DNA from: the human T2T-CHM13v2.0 reference genome, Homo sapiens
Assembly (NCBI RefSeq): GCF_009914755.1
Contig: NC_060925.1
Length of the DNA stretch: 64,000 bases
Reading direction: 5' to 3' (one strand)
Part shown: positions 44,889 through 60,607 of the stretch, piece by piece
Numbering within the stretch: the stretch's first letter is position 1
Layout: every line of letters begins with the position of its first letter
Notes under the pieces: generated by a model
What the model saw: only the letters and a program-made list of their open reading frames with translations
Databases searched by the model: none
Told to the model about the DNA's origin: nothing
Position numbers and translations under genes: made by a program

Positions 44889-46715
44889 ATTTATCTTCAT
44901 CTAGTTTTGACAATTCTTAAGTATTGAGTGGCAGTGAATTTTAATATATTCTCTCTGAGAGGCACAGGATTGTAGCTAATTTGTGTGGCTGGTAGACACA
45001 CCTGCCAAGATGGAGGCAGGGTTGGCATTTTCTTGGGAAAGTTGGAAACCGAAGAATGGTTGCCTGAACAGAAGGTCCAGCAACCAAAAATCAAACCAAA
45101 ATATTCCCTTTTTTTGCATCCCAAAAGGCCTCATGAGAGGTACCTTCCTGGCTGGGAGGCCTGGGCCAGAGGACAGGATCCATGAAGAGTGTGAGAGTGG
45201 AAGGGAAAGCTAGAGTTAGATCAAACGGGAAACATTTGAACCTAATTCTGTAGGTAACAGGCAGGCAAAAGAGATTTTCAAGTCCCAGGGAAACATGAGG
45301 AAAGCTGTACTTAAGAAAATTCCCCTGAAGCCTCTGGGATTAAGGGGAACAGACCAGCGATGGGGAAACCAGCCACCCACAGTCTCATTTCAGGGACAAA
45401 GTGATAGGGACCAGAACTAAGGTACAGGCTGTTTACCAAGAGATAAGAGGAAACATGGAGATAATGGGACTTCAAAGGGACGTTAAACATGGTCCCCTGC
45501 AACAGAAAAGCTGCTCTGAAAGAAAAGGTTGGGATGATTTATAACCTTCCATTGAGAACATTGCCATTAAAGTCGAAACGCACAACACATTTTCAAGATT
45601 GGGCTTCTTGGTCCTTCAATTTCCCTTCTAGTAACTGATATGAGTACTTTGAGAAACAAACCGCAGTTTTTGTTCCCAATAATCAAATTGGATTCTACAA
45701 AAAGGAATCTAACTGGATTCATAAAAAAATCCAAAATTTCATCAATATGATTACATTTAAAACATTGTAAATGTTTAAAACTATGCTGAATATATATTTT
45801 AGCTGAGTTTTAAAAGGATCATTGCCTTCATTAGCCATTGCAGCATGCCAGGCACTGAGCTGGCGTTCTGCATATACCTAGCACTGAGGTGACCAAGGGG
45901 GATGTTAGAGAAGGGACAAAGCTCAAACCACCCACCCATAAAGCACAATCACGCTCTCACTCACAAAGTGGACATTCTTAGACATAGATAGAGCTTAGCC
46001 TGTGCTTTTCAAACTGCAGATGGGACTTATAGGCACAAACGTTGGGATACATATGTTGGATTATTAGAAAATGTATTTCCTTCTGTGGTCACATAAGGTT
46101 ATTCCTGAATTGATCAGGGCTACAAAAAGGAGACCATCAGATATGGCCATTTCTGAGCTCTGAGCAGTTTACTTCCACAGCCCAGAGTGCGCATTACAGG
46201 CTGGGAACACAAGATGTGTGAGACAGGGCTCAGCCCCAGCGAGCTTCCTTGGTAGCCCCTTCTGATATCCTCCTGCATGTATAGTGGTAGAGATATTAAC
46301 AGGAGGAGGGCCCCCATAACATTTTTCTTAAAGCTAGAATTCTAAATTTGTATTGCCTCTTGCCAACTGGTTACATCAAGGGCTGCTTTGTGACCAAATG
46401 AAATAATGTCAAAAAAAGACTTTAAAAAGTTTTTGAATGATTGTCATTTTCAAGAAGGTCACAGTGGGATTCTCACCACCCTCCCTCCCTGCCCCACAAA
46501 CTTCTCCTGCAGCTTCCACGTCATGGCGGGGAACTTTCTCAGCTCCTTTTCTACCCACACTCATTTTCCGGGGACAGAATCCTAGAACATAAGCTTGAAG
46601 GAACATTCAGGTCATCTATTCCCAGCCACCTGCTCTTAGAGGACATCTCTGTATTTGTTAGACCTCACTATATTTAATTTGTGGAAAGAAAGAATTGTAA
46701 GAATTTTATATTTCA

Positions 46716-47064
<349 letters not shown>

Positions 47065-47691
47065 TCATGCAGAGATTTTCTAGGTCTTAAAAGATTTATT
47101 TTTCTATCTATTGGATTATAGTTGCAAACTTAAAATTTCTTACTCCAGTTTTAAATACTAGAATTTCTAAGAAATGAGCCCCTAGAGAGAGGTAAAAATG
47201 ATTTTATTTACTCAACAAAGGAATTTAAGGGACAATCCTTCTCTCGACTGCTGTTTAATTCTGATTCTGATGAATAGGGCTTTCCCTGCGATAGCAAAGA
47301 CTCACCTTCTGGAGGTTTCAGCTTCCCTGAAACCATCAGGGCCAGACACAGAAAGACTGAGTCTCTCTCTTTGGGAGACACTCTCCACTGTAGGAGCCAT
47401 GACTACTGCCATCATTACCATCACTAAGAAGCTGTCCTGGACATTTCCTATTCCCTAAGTGTCACACATCCACTTGGTAATCAATCCAGTTTAGATTAAT
47501 CCAATCTTAAAGACAGGGAAACAGAGTGCTAATAGTATAGTTACATGACTAAGGCCACAGAGAAGAACCAAAACAACGAATAGGATCGGCTTGTTGAACC
47601 ACGGAATGGGTTCAGTTCTTTATTACCTTAGTGGCAACTTCTCCCCTAGTTCCAGTTTCCAGTCCTTCAGCAACACTGGACCTGTGTGTCT

Positions 47692-47991
47692 TTTTTATTT
47701 TATTTTATGTTTTGTAGAGACGGGGTCTGCCTCTGTCACCCAAGGTGGAGTGCACAGGTGCAATCATAGCTCACTGTCACTCAAACTCCTGGGTTAAAGT
47801 CATTCTCCCACCTCAGCCTCTGGAGTAGCTGGGACCTCAGGCAGGCACAACCACACCTACCTGATTGATTTTCTTTCTTTCTTTCTTTCTTTTTTAGAGA
47901 TGGGGTTTCACTATGTTGCCCAGGCTGGTCTTGTACACCTGGCCTCATATAATCCTCCCGGGATTACAGACATGCACCACCATGCCTGGCC
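47692..47991 (-). mobile_element. Degenerate AluJ
   Basis: caatcatagctcactg…ttcactatgttgcccaggctggtc. Confidence 0.83.
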
Positions 47992-49338
47992 TTGTGTGTC
48001 TTTTAAATGTGATACTGGGAACCTAGAAGTGTATTGGCCCAGTATGCAATAGACAAAAAAGACAAAAGTAGGTTCGGATAATTTATAACTTGTTTGATTT
48101 TGTGAGCCTAGCACAGATTTTATATTGCAACAGTTTTACATCCCAAGGAGCCTCACATTCTTTAAGATCTGCCCACAGGAATAAAGTTTTTTCTGTGACC
48201 TGTCTGGCAAGCCAGATTTTAAATGTGTTATAATACCTTTAAATGAAGCAGCATTGGTTTTTCACAGAATTTTTATTTCACAACACTATGTATTTATGTG
48301 ACACTTATCAATTTAAAAAGGAATGCTTCAGAGTATCTCATTTGATGTACACATCAACCTGGTTATGCAGATGTAGTTTCCAGGGCACTGATTCTCAAAA
48401 GAGACTATTCTTGTGGAAGGGTCTGGTCTTTTGAATTTAAAATCAGTATTCTTCTTTTATCACACACTGTCTAATGAGGCTTGACAAATTACAAGCCAAA
48501 GTTTCCTGAATTTATTTATTTTCAACCAGCTCATGGGAGAAAATGAAATTAACCAAATCACTAAGTATACATTGTAACTCACATTGGGCAGTTTAGAAGC
48601 ATAAGAATAAGAAATGTTTAAATAGATGATAGTTATCGCTGTGAGTGATATGATTTCCCCCTACTACTGCCCCGTTTAAAGATGTGAAAACTAATGCACT
48701 CAACTCTACTCAGAAGAGTCCTTAGAATAAATATTCTAATTAAAGAATATTTAATTTGCAGTTGTATTACCTTCTTTTTCTCCCATGAATTTTTGTTTGA
48801 GTGCTGAATGTTAAGATATGCAGATCCTGTTCACGTTCAGCAAGAAGCCCTTTTTCTTCCCAGACTTGCTATCTAGACAAACATGGCTTCGTCTCTCCTA
48901 TTAACAGGTCACACAATATGCAATGAAGAAAAATACGTGGTCAGGGATTCTGAATGGAGAACTCATTATTGTATGGGTAAGTTTGGAACCAAGGGATTTG
49001 AAAGATTACTCAATTTGTAAGACCTAAGAACTAGGCATTTGCTAATGACCTGAATGTTGTCACAGAGCAGAGAAAATTCTAGATAACTCCAAGATTAGTG
49101 GGAAAGCTATTGCTCTGCATGGATTAGCCAGCTATGATAAAGGTTTGGGTTGGATTTGCTTTAGATAAGATTCAGTTACACAGATATTTTTAAATGTCCC
49201 CACAGGCCAGTGATTATGGGGTGTTAGCCAAACTATGAGATGGCTGATAACATTTCACACAGACAGAAACATAAATCCTATTTTTTGATATTTTCCAGAC
49301 CTGGTGGTAATGTGTAGCTACATCCTGATAATTGTGCC

Positions 49339-49423
49339 TTTTGCTTTCAATGTTCATTCTATAAGAGCCATCTAGGTTTCATGACTTTAATTAAGTCTTG
49401 CAGAATGAACATTGAAAGCAAAA
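49339..49423. repeat. Inverted repeat: 28-bp arms (outer 22 bp perfect) with a 29-nt spacer
   Basis: ttttgctttcaatgttcattctataaga (49339-49366) vs tcttgcagaatgaacattgaaagcaaaa (49396-49423). Confidence 0.95.
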
Positions 49424-49639
49424 TTGCTAAGACAGCCAATAATTCAAACAGCTGAGCTGCTAGAAGTGACTTACAAAGGTGCTACCATAATAGCCTTTAA
49501 GAATGAATTCTGGTAAAACCAACTTTTATTTGTTTAACTTCAAGAACCAAAAATACTTTCTGAAAATGTTTAATCACTTTTTTTCTTTCATATTCTCTCC
49601 TTATTTAACCCACCTTCCTCCCTCTGTTCCTTCCCTCTC

Positions 49640-49885
49640 AAGCAGGGAGTCTACGGATAGGCCGTGGACCTTGGGGTCAGTCACATCTAGGTGTTCATGC
49701 TCCTCTACCACTGGTGACTGTGTGGCCATGGGCACCTTACTTAAATTCATTCACTCAGATTTCTCATGTCGACAGTCGGGTAATAGCACCTACTTACTTT
49801 ATAGAGCTGTTATAAGCAATATTTTGATAATATAAGTAAAGAAACTAATATGGTACCTGGCATGTAATTGGTGTTCAAGAAACTT
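49640..49885 (+). mobile_element. MIR (near full length)
   Basis: ctgtgtggccatgggcaccttacttaa…ctcagatttctcat…gtaatagcacctac…gtacctggcatgtaa. Confidence 0.75.
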
Positions 49886-50899
49886 GCAACTGTCTACCTT
49901 CTAATCCAACCAATATTTACTGGGCATCCTACCATGAGCCAGTCAATGCACTGGGGAGAGTTACATGAATAAGCCATGAAGCCCCAGGCTTTGAAAGGCT
50001 CACAGTCTAATAGAGTCTGACTTAGTTAATTTTTCATCGTCTGCAGTAATAAAAAAACCTCAATGCATAAACTTTGTAAGGCTATTGAAAACAAACTGGC
50101 TTTGGTTTTCAAATTATTATTTATTGTGTTGTTATCAAGAAAACATGTATTGATTGCCAACCATGTGGTCACATACCTGACACTAAGGATAAGGCCCTGA
50201 CCTCAGAGATTCATGATGAACACAAACACTCAAACACAAATATAACTTTCATCACAACTTTATTTTAAATAAAAGAACAAAGTAATCTCTATTATTTTTT
50301 GTTTGAACTATTAGATGAGCAAAAACTGTAAATATTTGATTGATGGAAATGTAGAAAATATATACAAATGCCGTATCACGTATCACAAGGAAATACTGAG
50401 AAATGAGTAAGTTGAGGAAAGGTAGTTACATAAATAATTAAAAAGGCAAATGCCCATATGTCACCATGCATTTACGGTATCATTGTTTTTCTCCTGCTTT
50501 TCAAAGACTTGTCTTATTAGATGACTCTTTTCTATTTCCTAAGACCTACCTCCTCTAAGACGATTTCTGGAAAACAGATCTCACCATGAGAAAAATGTAG
50601 CAGCCTTACACTAATAAGGATTGTGCACACATACCTCCATGCCTAGATCAACTTCGTTTCAGTTGCCTCAAAGCTTTCCACGCACATGACCCAGCTTTAG
50701 ATTACAGGATTGTCTTCATCCTCCCATGAGAGAATGCTGCTTTACCGCATGCAGTTCACGTCATTTGCTATGGGAAGCCCAGGATTCCCTGCAGTCTAAT
50801 TTCCTTGCCTCTCTATAAATTACATTTTCTGATTCCAACTTAACTGTCCCACCCATCCAAATCTCACAATCCTTTCACACATGTCTCCCACCACTTGGT

Positions 50900-52760
50900 C
50901 AGCACTGGAAAACAGCCTCGTGTTTCTCATTGATGCTCTCAGACCATTCTCTCACCCTAACCCCATGCTCCATCTCATTGCCATCTCCTATGGCCTCTCT
51001 GGTCATTCCCACTCCTTCTGTAAAGATTGTGGCTCTAGCTCAGTCACTCTCTCCACCACGCCTCCTGCCGTCACTCTTGGGGATGTCAATATACATAGAG
51101 ATGCTCTTTCCAACATCCTGGTGCCCGGTCCAATCTCTACCCCTGCAATGATCTCTACCCCTGCCATGATCTCATCTTCCACTGAACCTCAGCCAGTCAT
51201 TCCCACAGTGATAACCTTAGACTTTGATTATCAAAAAATTGCTTTCCCTCTAAAGATATCAGTTTGAAATATCCCATTTTCCAGTAACCACTTCATTTTT
51301 CCAGCTCATTTCCTCTAATCGTTCAACTTCAACAATCTTTGCACCCTTCCCAGATCCACGATTCATTAGTCCTGTTTCTTCCCTCTTTCACACCCTCACT
51401 TCCCTTCATCCTCAGCTTACACTCCATGGCCAAGTATTATAATCATTGTCACAACCTTACATATTAAATACATTCTCAGCTTCTTGACACTCACTTGGTT
51501 CAACCCAGTCTTGGTTAACTCTAAGTCTGCCCTTCCATGCCTACATCCACAATGTTGAATGTGGCTTAGAGAAAAACCACACAGTAATTAATCTTTACAG
51601 ATCTCTCTTTAAAATAATGATCACTAATCTCAAGTGAGTGTTTCATGCTGCCCAGCATTCATACTACAGGTTGAACATCCCAAATTCAAAAATCCAAAAT
51701 CTTAAATGCTCCAAAATCCGAAACCTTTTGAGCACTGATGTGATGCCGCAAGTGAAAAATTCCACACCTGACCTCTTGTGATGGGTCACAGTCAAAATGC
51801 GGGTGCACAGCCTACAGTTTCTTCAGTGTCCCCAAGGAGAAAACAACCCTCTCGGCCATTTATAAAAGTCACCCAGCAGAAGGCCTCCTCCTCCCTACAG
51901 GACCCACTTCTTGGTCTGTCAACTGCTTCTGATGTTTCTTCCCACCTAAATAAATAAAATTCAGTGCACACTAACCTTTTAATAAAACCCAGCACTCTGG
52001 GTGGAGACTGGGAGCCTGCAGCTGTCTGCTGCTGCTCTTGCCTAACAGCAGATCCAGGTATTCTGGTGATGACACTGAATGGCACAGTTACCCCAGACAC
52101 AGTATTTATTCACTATATTAATGGTGTGTCACGTTTTTTACTGTTAAGTCCTTATGTGTGAATAATTATAAGAAAATAAATGGTTATCAGTAGCACATAA
52201 ATTCAGAGTCAGGAATGATGGTGATTCCAAACAACCACAGATTGCCCACATAGGTGGCCGAGATAGTGACACCTTTATTGTCTGATGCTTCATTGTACAC
52301 AAGTTTTGTTTCCTGCACAGAATTATTAAAAATATTGCATAAAATTGCCTTCATGCTATGGATATAGGGTTTATAAGAAACATAGATGCATTTTGTGTTT
52401 AGACTTGGGTCCCGTCCCCAAGATATTTCATTATGTATAGGCAAATATTCCAAATCAAAAAAATTCAAAATCCAAAACACTTCTGGTCCCAAGTATTTCA
52501 AATAAAGAATATTCAACTTGTATATTTCCCTACGCCCTTCATTCTTCCCCATTCCATCTCTGTAACATCTGCCCCTACCTGCATCTGTGCCATATTTTCT
52601 CTCTTCTCTTCCACTTCTGTGGATGAACAACCATGGGTTTCAACCTGCCAGCCTCATCCCAGCCCTTTGGATTCCCTCACTTGCCACTGTAGCAAGCCCT
52701 CCTCTTTCCTTTGCCTGAAATTCCTCCATTCTGCTTCTTCTCTGCAGTGGTCCTTCTGAA
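50900..52760 (+). mobile_element. L2 LINE including an endonuclease-region remnant, interrupted by Tigger4
   Basis: ORF 50881..51267 contains TLGDVNIH (APE-endonuclease ILGDFNIH-like motif); pyrimidine-rich L2 sense composition on both sides of the Tigger. Confidence 0.6.
51667..52520. mobile_element. Tigger4 (Zombi)-family non-autonomous DNA transposon
   Basis: TIRs caggttgaacatcc / gaatattcaacttg with TA target duplication on both sides; aaatccaaaacacttctggtcccaag subterminal motif. Confidence 0.85.
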
Positions 52761-53772
52761 GCCCAATCCTATCCCCAGCTGATAGACTAATACTAAGGCA
52801 CACTGGCCTTTCTTGTTCTAGCAGGGATCCAGTAGTTGCTCAACTTCTGTGACACCAGCCATGGCCTCTAGCCATGGTATATCTCCCAACCTGGGAGCTA
52901 TATCAATTATATCCAATCTCCTCCCTGGGAGGGAATTATCTTCACACTGTAACAGGGAGAAGTTCAACTTTCCCCTAAATATGTCCTGTGGTGGAATTCT
53001 TTTTTATCCCATGAACTGATGGACTGTCAAAGCTGGGAAGAAACTTAGGAATCACACTAAGGCTCTAAGGAAGAAATCAAGGTTCTGACAGGCCAAGTCC
53101 CTAGTGATGCTCTGTATATTCTGATAGAAAGTGAGGAGTTTTCCTAAGTGAAAAAAGATATGGAGTTTTCAAGGGGCTATGCAAGTGACAAAATGAATTA
53201 TACCCCAGTTATTTCATGTTTAATGAACTAAATAAACACTATGATACAAATTCCAAACAAATACCTGAAAGGAGGAATGAAAGAAGAAGGTGAAATCGTG
53301 AGGTGGAAGGGGCAGTCCTGGTTAAGAGACAGCCATGCGGGTTTGACTAGCTCTACCTCTAACTTGCTGTAAGCCTCAGGAAAGCCTATTCATTTCTCTG
53401 GGTTTACTTTTCTCACAAGAAACTCCCTCCAACGCCTTCTGCTTTCTGTTCCTATTCTTGTTCCTTCACCTCTTCAGACAGTATTTTCAAGTTGCCTGGC
53501 TCCTGCTGTTGGCAGCATGGTGATTCCTCATTCATTTTTCTCCTCTTCTCATAGAAATAAACTAACCCATCAGCCTAGGTCACTTGACTGACTAAAGAAG
53601 AGCAGAAATGGATAATCAACCCTCACTTTCCCATCTTTCTGTATCTACCTACACAAATGATGGTTAAATGGGATTTACGATCCAATAGATTCCATTTCTT
53701 TTGAAAACCCTTGAACTTGATGGCCCCCATTGGCCTTCTAACATGCATTATCTATTAATTTGGCTTAGATTT

Positions 53773-54839
<1,067 letters not shown>

Positions 54840-55037
54840 TTAATCTTTCCACTCTTGAATGTTTTCCTGACAGGCTCCCCGTTTAGGTAGATGCAAGTAA
54901 TACTCATGAACTCAAGAGCAGTGGGGGCACTACAATCCTGTTTTCTTACGTTAACAAGAAAATAGTTTATTTCTATTCTGGAATATATGAGCCAAAAGAA
55001 TAGAATAGAAAAATGGTGCTTCCTCATTTGTATTCTT

Positions 55038-55395
<358 letters not shown>

Positions 55396-55479
55396 TAGGA
55401 TGTGCCATGGACCTTGATCATTCTTTTGGGCTATCCAAGATCTACGTCCCTATTCTAGGTTTGGGCAATTTTGTACTGC

Positions 55480-56410
55480 ACCAGAACTACCCCAGTTATT
55501 TTTTGTTCACCAAAGCCTTTTACTTTTTCTCCTGGGTACTCAGCTAGATAGCATTTCCTAGCCTCTTTTGTAGTCATGTCAATCGTGGACAGCAGAATGT
55601 ACAAGGAAATGATGTATCCCAATCATTGGGAAGATTGTTAGGCCAAGCTCATAACAATCTTCCATGCAATCTTCCACTTTCTGCCAGCTTGGTATTGAAG
55701 TCCAAGGTGGTCTTGAAAGCAATGTGCTAGGAAATACGTGGAGCTTCTATTTGCCTGAATCCTTGGTAGTGCAGAATGAAACCATCCCCTTCCCCACTAC
55801 CTCCACTCACTGACTGGACTCTACATGAATGTGTAACAGACGTCTGTTGCATCAGCCACTGAAATTTGGGGCCTAATAGTTACAGCAGCTAGCATTACTT
55901 CAATTAATCTACCCATTTTGTGACTCTCAGGGATAGGCAGTCACCACCTCCCATTATAGAAACTAAAGAGTCAGACACTTTCTTTCCCAGGCTCCCTTCC
56001 ATCTAGAGCACACACGTGAAATCTTGGCTTTGTTAATCTGTTAAACCCACATCAGACATTGACTAATGAGCTGGAGACACAAAGAAGCAGGGTCATGTGG
56101 AATGCATTCTGGAAGGGAGGTGTTCATCCAGTTTCTGGGGGCAGCTGCGGTGGCAGTAGCAGTGTCCAGTGTCCAGGCTCATGGTATCAATGACATGATG
56201 CCAGTGTCTGGATTCAACAGCCAAGAAGTGACTCCTTCACAGCTGTGGTGTGATTTTAGACTTGGCCCTTGTCCAATAGCTGCAAAGCCTGCTTTGCTAG
56301 CCTTCTCAGAAGTCTGTGCCCTTTGCAACATCTTCCAACAAATCCTTCTTCTACTTAAGTTAGCTAGATTTGATTTTTGTAGCTCACAACCAAGAACTCT
56401 TATTGACACA
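55480..56410 (+). mobile_element. Two adjacent old ERVL-type LTR remnants (~55480-55910 and ~55920-56410)
   Basis: LTR 3' ends agccactgaaatttggggc…ttacagcagctagcattac and cttaagttagctag…ctcacaaccaagaactcttattgacaca. Confidence 0.5.
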
Positions 56411-57149
56411 AATGCATCCCTTTCAGGGAGAGGAAGACAGGATACTTTCTTGGTCCACAGCCTTGGGGAGCTTGCCTCCTCTCTGGAGTGTATTTCTCAT
56501 TTTCTGAGAAAAAGTCAGAATCTATCCTGTGAACATTTCATGTTTCCACTGATGGCTTCAGTAGACTTCAGGAGGGAGAACAAGCCCATCTATATTTTGA
56601 CTGCCTCAGGTTGGGGTGAAGTAGATTAAATTTGACCAAAATAAAGCCATTATTTTGGAAAACAGGAAACTGAAAAGGAAAATGCTGAAAAGAAAACTCT
56701 AAAAAATATCCATGGAGGTAAAATAAAACAGACCTTCCCTAGGAATACTGTACTATATGTTGCAAAGAGACATAAAACAGAACAGCCATTTTAGGTTAAC
56801 TGGATTCTTCCCACAATAAAAGCATAATTTAGGTTTTGTCAAGCTATATGCTCTTTTAAAGTCCCTGTGTCCCCAACTACAACTGAACTGGGTTTAAAAA
56901 AAGGTATTGTTTAAGAGTGAGTGGTATTGGGGCAAGGGAACTATCATTTTTTTCTCAAGACGTTGCTATGGTGCCAAAGTGACCCTTATAGCCAGGTTAT
57001 ATTCCTACTGTGGCTGGCAGGAAGAAGGGATATCAATGAGCAATAGCAGAGATCCTCCTGGGCAGTCTAGTCTCACATAATCTCTGCCTCTATCTTGGGG
57101 ATGGCTACATCTGTCAGTTCTAAGCCTCCTTCTGTATTTCATCTGATGA

Positions 57150-57642
57150 AATTCAAGGAGTCTGGTATGTTGTTGTAATATTGACAAATAACGCCTCCCT
57201 GTAATCATACCACTGTGCAAATGAGGCAGAACCACTTTTTCTATCACCAGAATCTGAGCTGTCCTTGGGAATGGCTTTTACCACCAGAATGTGGCAGAAA
57301 TGACATGGTGCCTGTCCAGGAAGCTGGGCTGTAAGAATCCTTGAAGTGTTCAGATTTCCCCTTTTCAAACCCGAACACCACCTGGCTGTGAAGATGCCTA
57401 GTCTGGCCTCTGGGAGACTGAGTGGTACCATGGAGGAGATACAAGGCTCCAAGTTTGGCAGCCAGCCTCTAGACCTCCCAGCCTGGCTCATCTACCTGCT
57501 GAATGAAACTGCTCAAGTGGCCCAGGTGACAGCAGCAGCAGAACCACTGGCCAACCCATGCAACAGTGGGAAATAATACAGCATTGCTATCCTAAACCAC
57601 GAAGTTCTGTGGTGGCTGGTTATGCCTCAAGATATAATTGAT
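57150..57642 (+). mobile_element. Old MLT1 (H/I/J-like) LTR
   Basis: cagaatgtggcagaaatgacatggtgcc…cagaaccactggccaaccc…aaaccacgaagttctgtggtggctggttatgc. Confidence 0.6.
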
Positions 57643-58497
57643 CTAAGATGAGACCAGAACATTTATTGTGCTAGATTAAGAAGCGCTGCTTGTGATGAGG
57701 AGCTGACAGACAGAAAAAGCACTGCAAAATTCTAAGATCTCATTAACTTGGACCCTTTAAACTCAAAGATTGGTTAAGTTTGCAAAAAGAAGCTAAAAAT
57801 GGCACAGAACTTGTGACAGAAACTACAACTCATAATTCAACTAGGTTAGCTCTAAAAGATTTTACCTTAAATTCCAGAAAAAACTGAAAAGCTTTCATCA
57901 AAAAAGGAGCAGGGGTCACTGTTCTTATATCAGATAAAACAGACTTTAAACCAACAACAGTAAAACAGGACAAGGAAGGGTATTACATAATGATAAAGTG
58001 TTCAATTCAACAAGACTTAACTATCCTAAATATATATGCACCCAACATTGGAGCACCCAGATTCATAAAACAAGTACTTATAGAGCTATGAAAAGACTAA
58101 GACAGCCACACAATACACAATTATGGTGGAGGACTTCAACACCCCATTGGCAGCATTAGACAGATCATCGAGGCGGAAAACTAACAAAGAAATTCTGGAC
58201 TTAAATTTGACACTTGACCAACTGGACCTAATAGAAATCTATAGAATACTCCACCCATCAACCACAGAATATACATTCCTCATCTGTAAATGGAACATAC
58301 TGCAAGATCAACCACATGCTCAGCCATAAAGCAAGTCTCAATAAATTTAAAAAAAATGGAAATAATATCATCCATATTCTTGGACCACAGTGGGATAAAA
58401 ATAGAAATCAATACCAAGAAGAACTCTTAAAACCACATACTTACATAGAAATTAAACAACTTGTTCCTGAATGACTTTTGGGTAAACAACAAAATTA

Positions 58498-58911
<414 letters not shown>

Positions 58912-60228
58912 CTACCTCTAAAAGTTAGAAATATCTCAATTTAATGATGTAACATCACACCTAAAGGAACTAGAAAAACAATAACAATCTAACCCCAAAG
59001 CTAGCAGAAGAAAGAACTGAAATCAGAGCAGAACTGAACAAAATTGAGACCCCAAAATCCATACAAAGAGTCAACAAAACCAAAAGTTGATTTGAAAGGA
59101 TAAAGAAGATTGATAGACCACTAACTAGAATAACAAAGAAAAAGAGAGATGATCCAAATAAGCACAATCAATCAAAAATGACAAAGATGACATTACAATT
59201 GATCCTAAAAGAATACAAAAGATCTTCAGAGACTATTATGAATATCTCTATGCATACAAACTAGAATATCTAGATGAAATGGCTAAACTCCTGGAAACAC
59301 ACACTCTTCCAAGATTGAATCAGGAAGAAATTAAAACCCTAAACAGACCAATATTGAGTTCTGAAATTGAATATGTAATAAAAAACTTACCAGAGGGATT
59401 CACAACTGAATTCTATCAGACATAAGAAGAAGAGCTAGTACCAATTCTACTGAAACTATACCAAAAAACTGAGGAGGAGGGACTCCTCCCTAATGCATTC
59501 TATGAAGCTAGCATCACCCTGATACCAAAATCTGGCAGAAACACAACAAAAAAAGAAAATGACAGGCCAATATCCCTGATGAATATAGATACAAAAATCT
59601 TCAGCAAACTACTAGTAAACCAAATTAGGCAGCACATCAGAGTTAATTCACTATGATCAAGTCAGCTTCATTCCTAGGATGCAAGGTTGGGTCAACATAT
59701 ACAAGTCAATATATGTGATTCATCACATAAACAGAATTAAAAACAAAAACCACATGATCATATCACTAGACATGAAAAAAACCTTTCAATAAAATTCAAC
59801 ATCCTTTCATGGTAAAGACCCTCAAGAAATGAAGGATAGAAAGAATACACCTCAAAATAATAAGACTCATCTATGACAAACAAATGGCTGGAAGAATTCC
59901 CCTTGAAACCAGAACAAGACAAGGATGCCCACTCTTATCACTCCTATTCAACATAGTACTGGAAGTCCTAGCCAGAGCAGCCAATCCAGAGAAATAAATA
60001 AAAGACATCCAAATAGAAAAAGAAGTCAAAATATCTCTCTTCACTGATCATATGATTGTATAGTCAGAGAACCCTTAAAGACTCTGCCAAAAGCCTTCCG
60101 GAATTGATAAAATAACTTCAGGAAAGTTTCAGGATACAAAATCAATGTACAAAACTTAGTAGCATTCCTACACACTAGTAACATTCAAGCTGAGAGCCAA
60201 ATAAAAAACACAATCTCATTTACAATAG

Positions 60229-60253
60229 ACACACACACACACACACACACACA
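60229..60253. repeat. (AC)12 microsatellite inside L1
   Basis: Direct reading. Confidence 0.95.
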
Positions 60254-60390
60254 AATACCTAAGAATACATCTAACCAAAAAGGTAAAAGATCTCTACAAA
60301 GAGAACTACAAAAACACTGTTGAAAAATATTATGGATGACACAAACAAATGGGAAAACATTCCTTGCTCATGGATTGGAAGAATCAACAT

Positions 60391-60607
60391 AGGAGTTGAA
60401 CAATGGGAACACATGGACACAGGGAGGGGAACATCACACACTGGGGCCTGTCATGGGGTGGGGGTCTAGGGGAGGGATAGCATTAGGAGAAATACCTAAT
60501 GTAGATGATGGGTTGATGGGTGCAGCAAACCATCATGGCACGTGTATATCTATGTAACAAACCTGCATGTTCTGCACATGTATCCCAGAAATTAAAGTAT
60601 AATAAAA
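60391..60607 (+). mobile_element. ~220-bp L1PA7/8-like 3'UTR plus poly-A nested in the older L1 ORF2
   Basis: ggagttgaacaatgggaacacatggacacaggg…cccagaaattaaagtataataaaaaa interrupts gaatcaacat|aaaatgaccatactgccc. Confidence 0.9.

Noticed and set aside
56066-56629. 187-aa ATG-initiated ORF on the + strand
   Set aside because: Runs through an old LTR remnant; no domain signal, promoter or splice support
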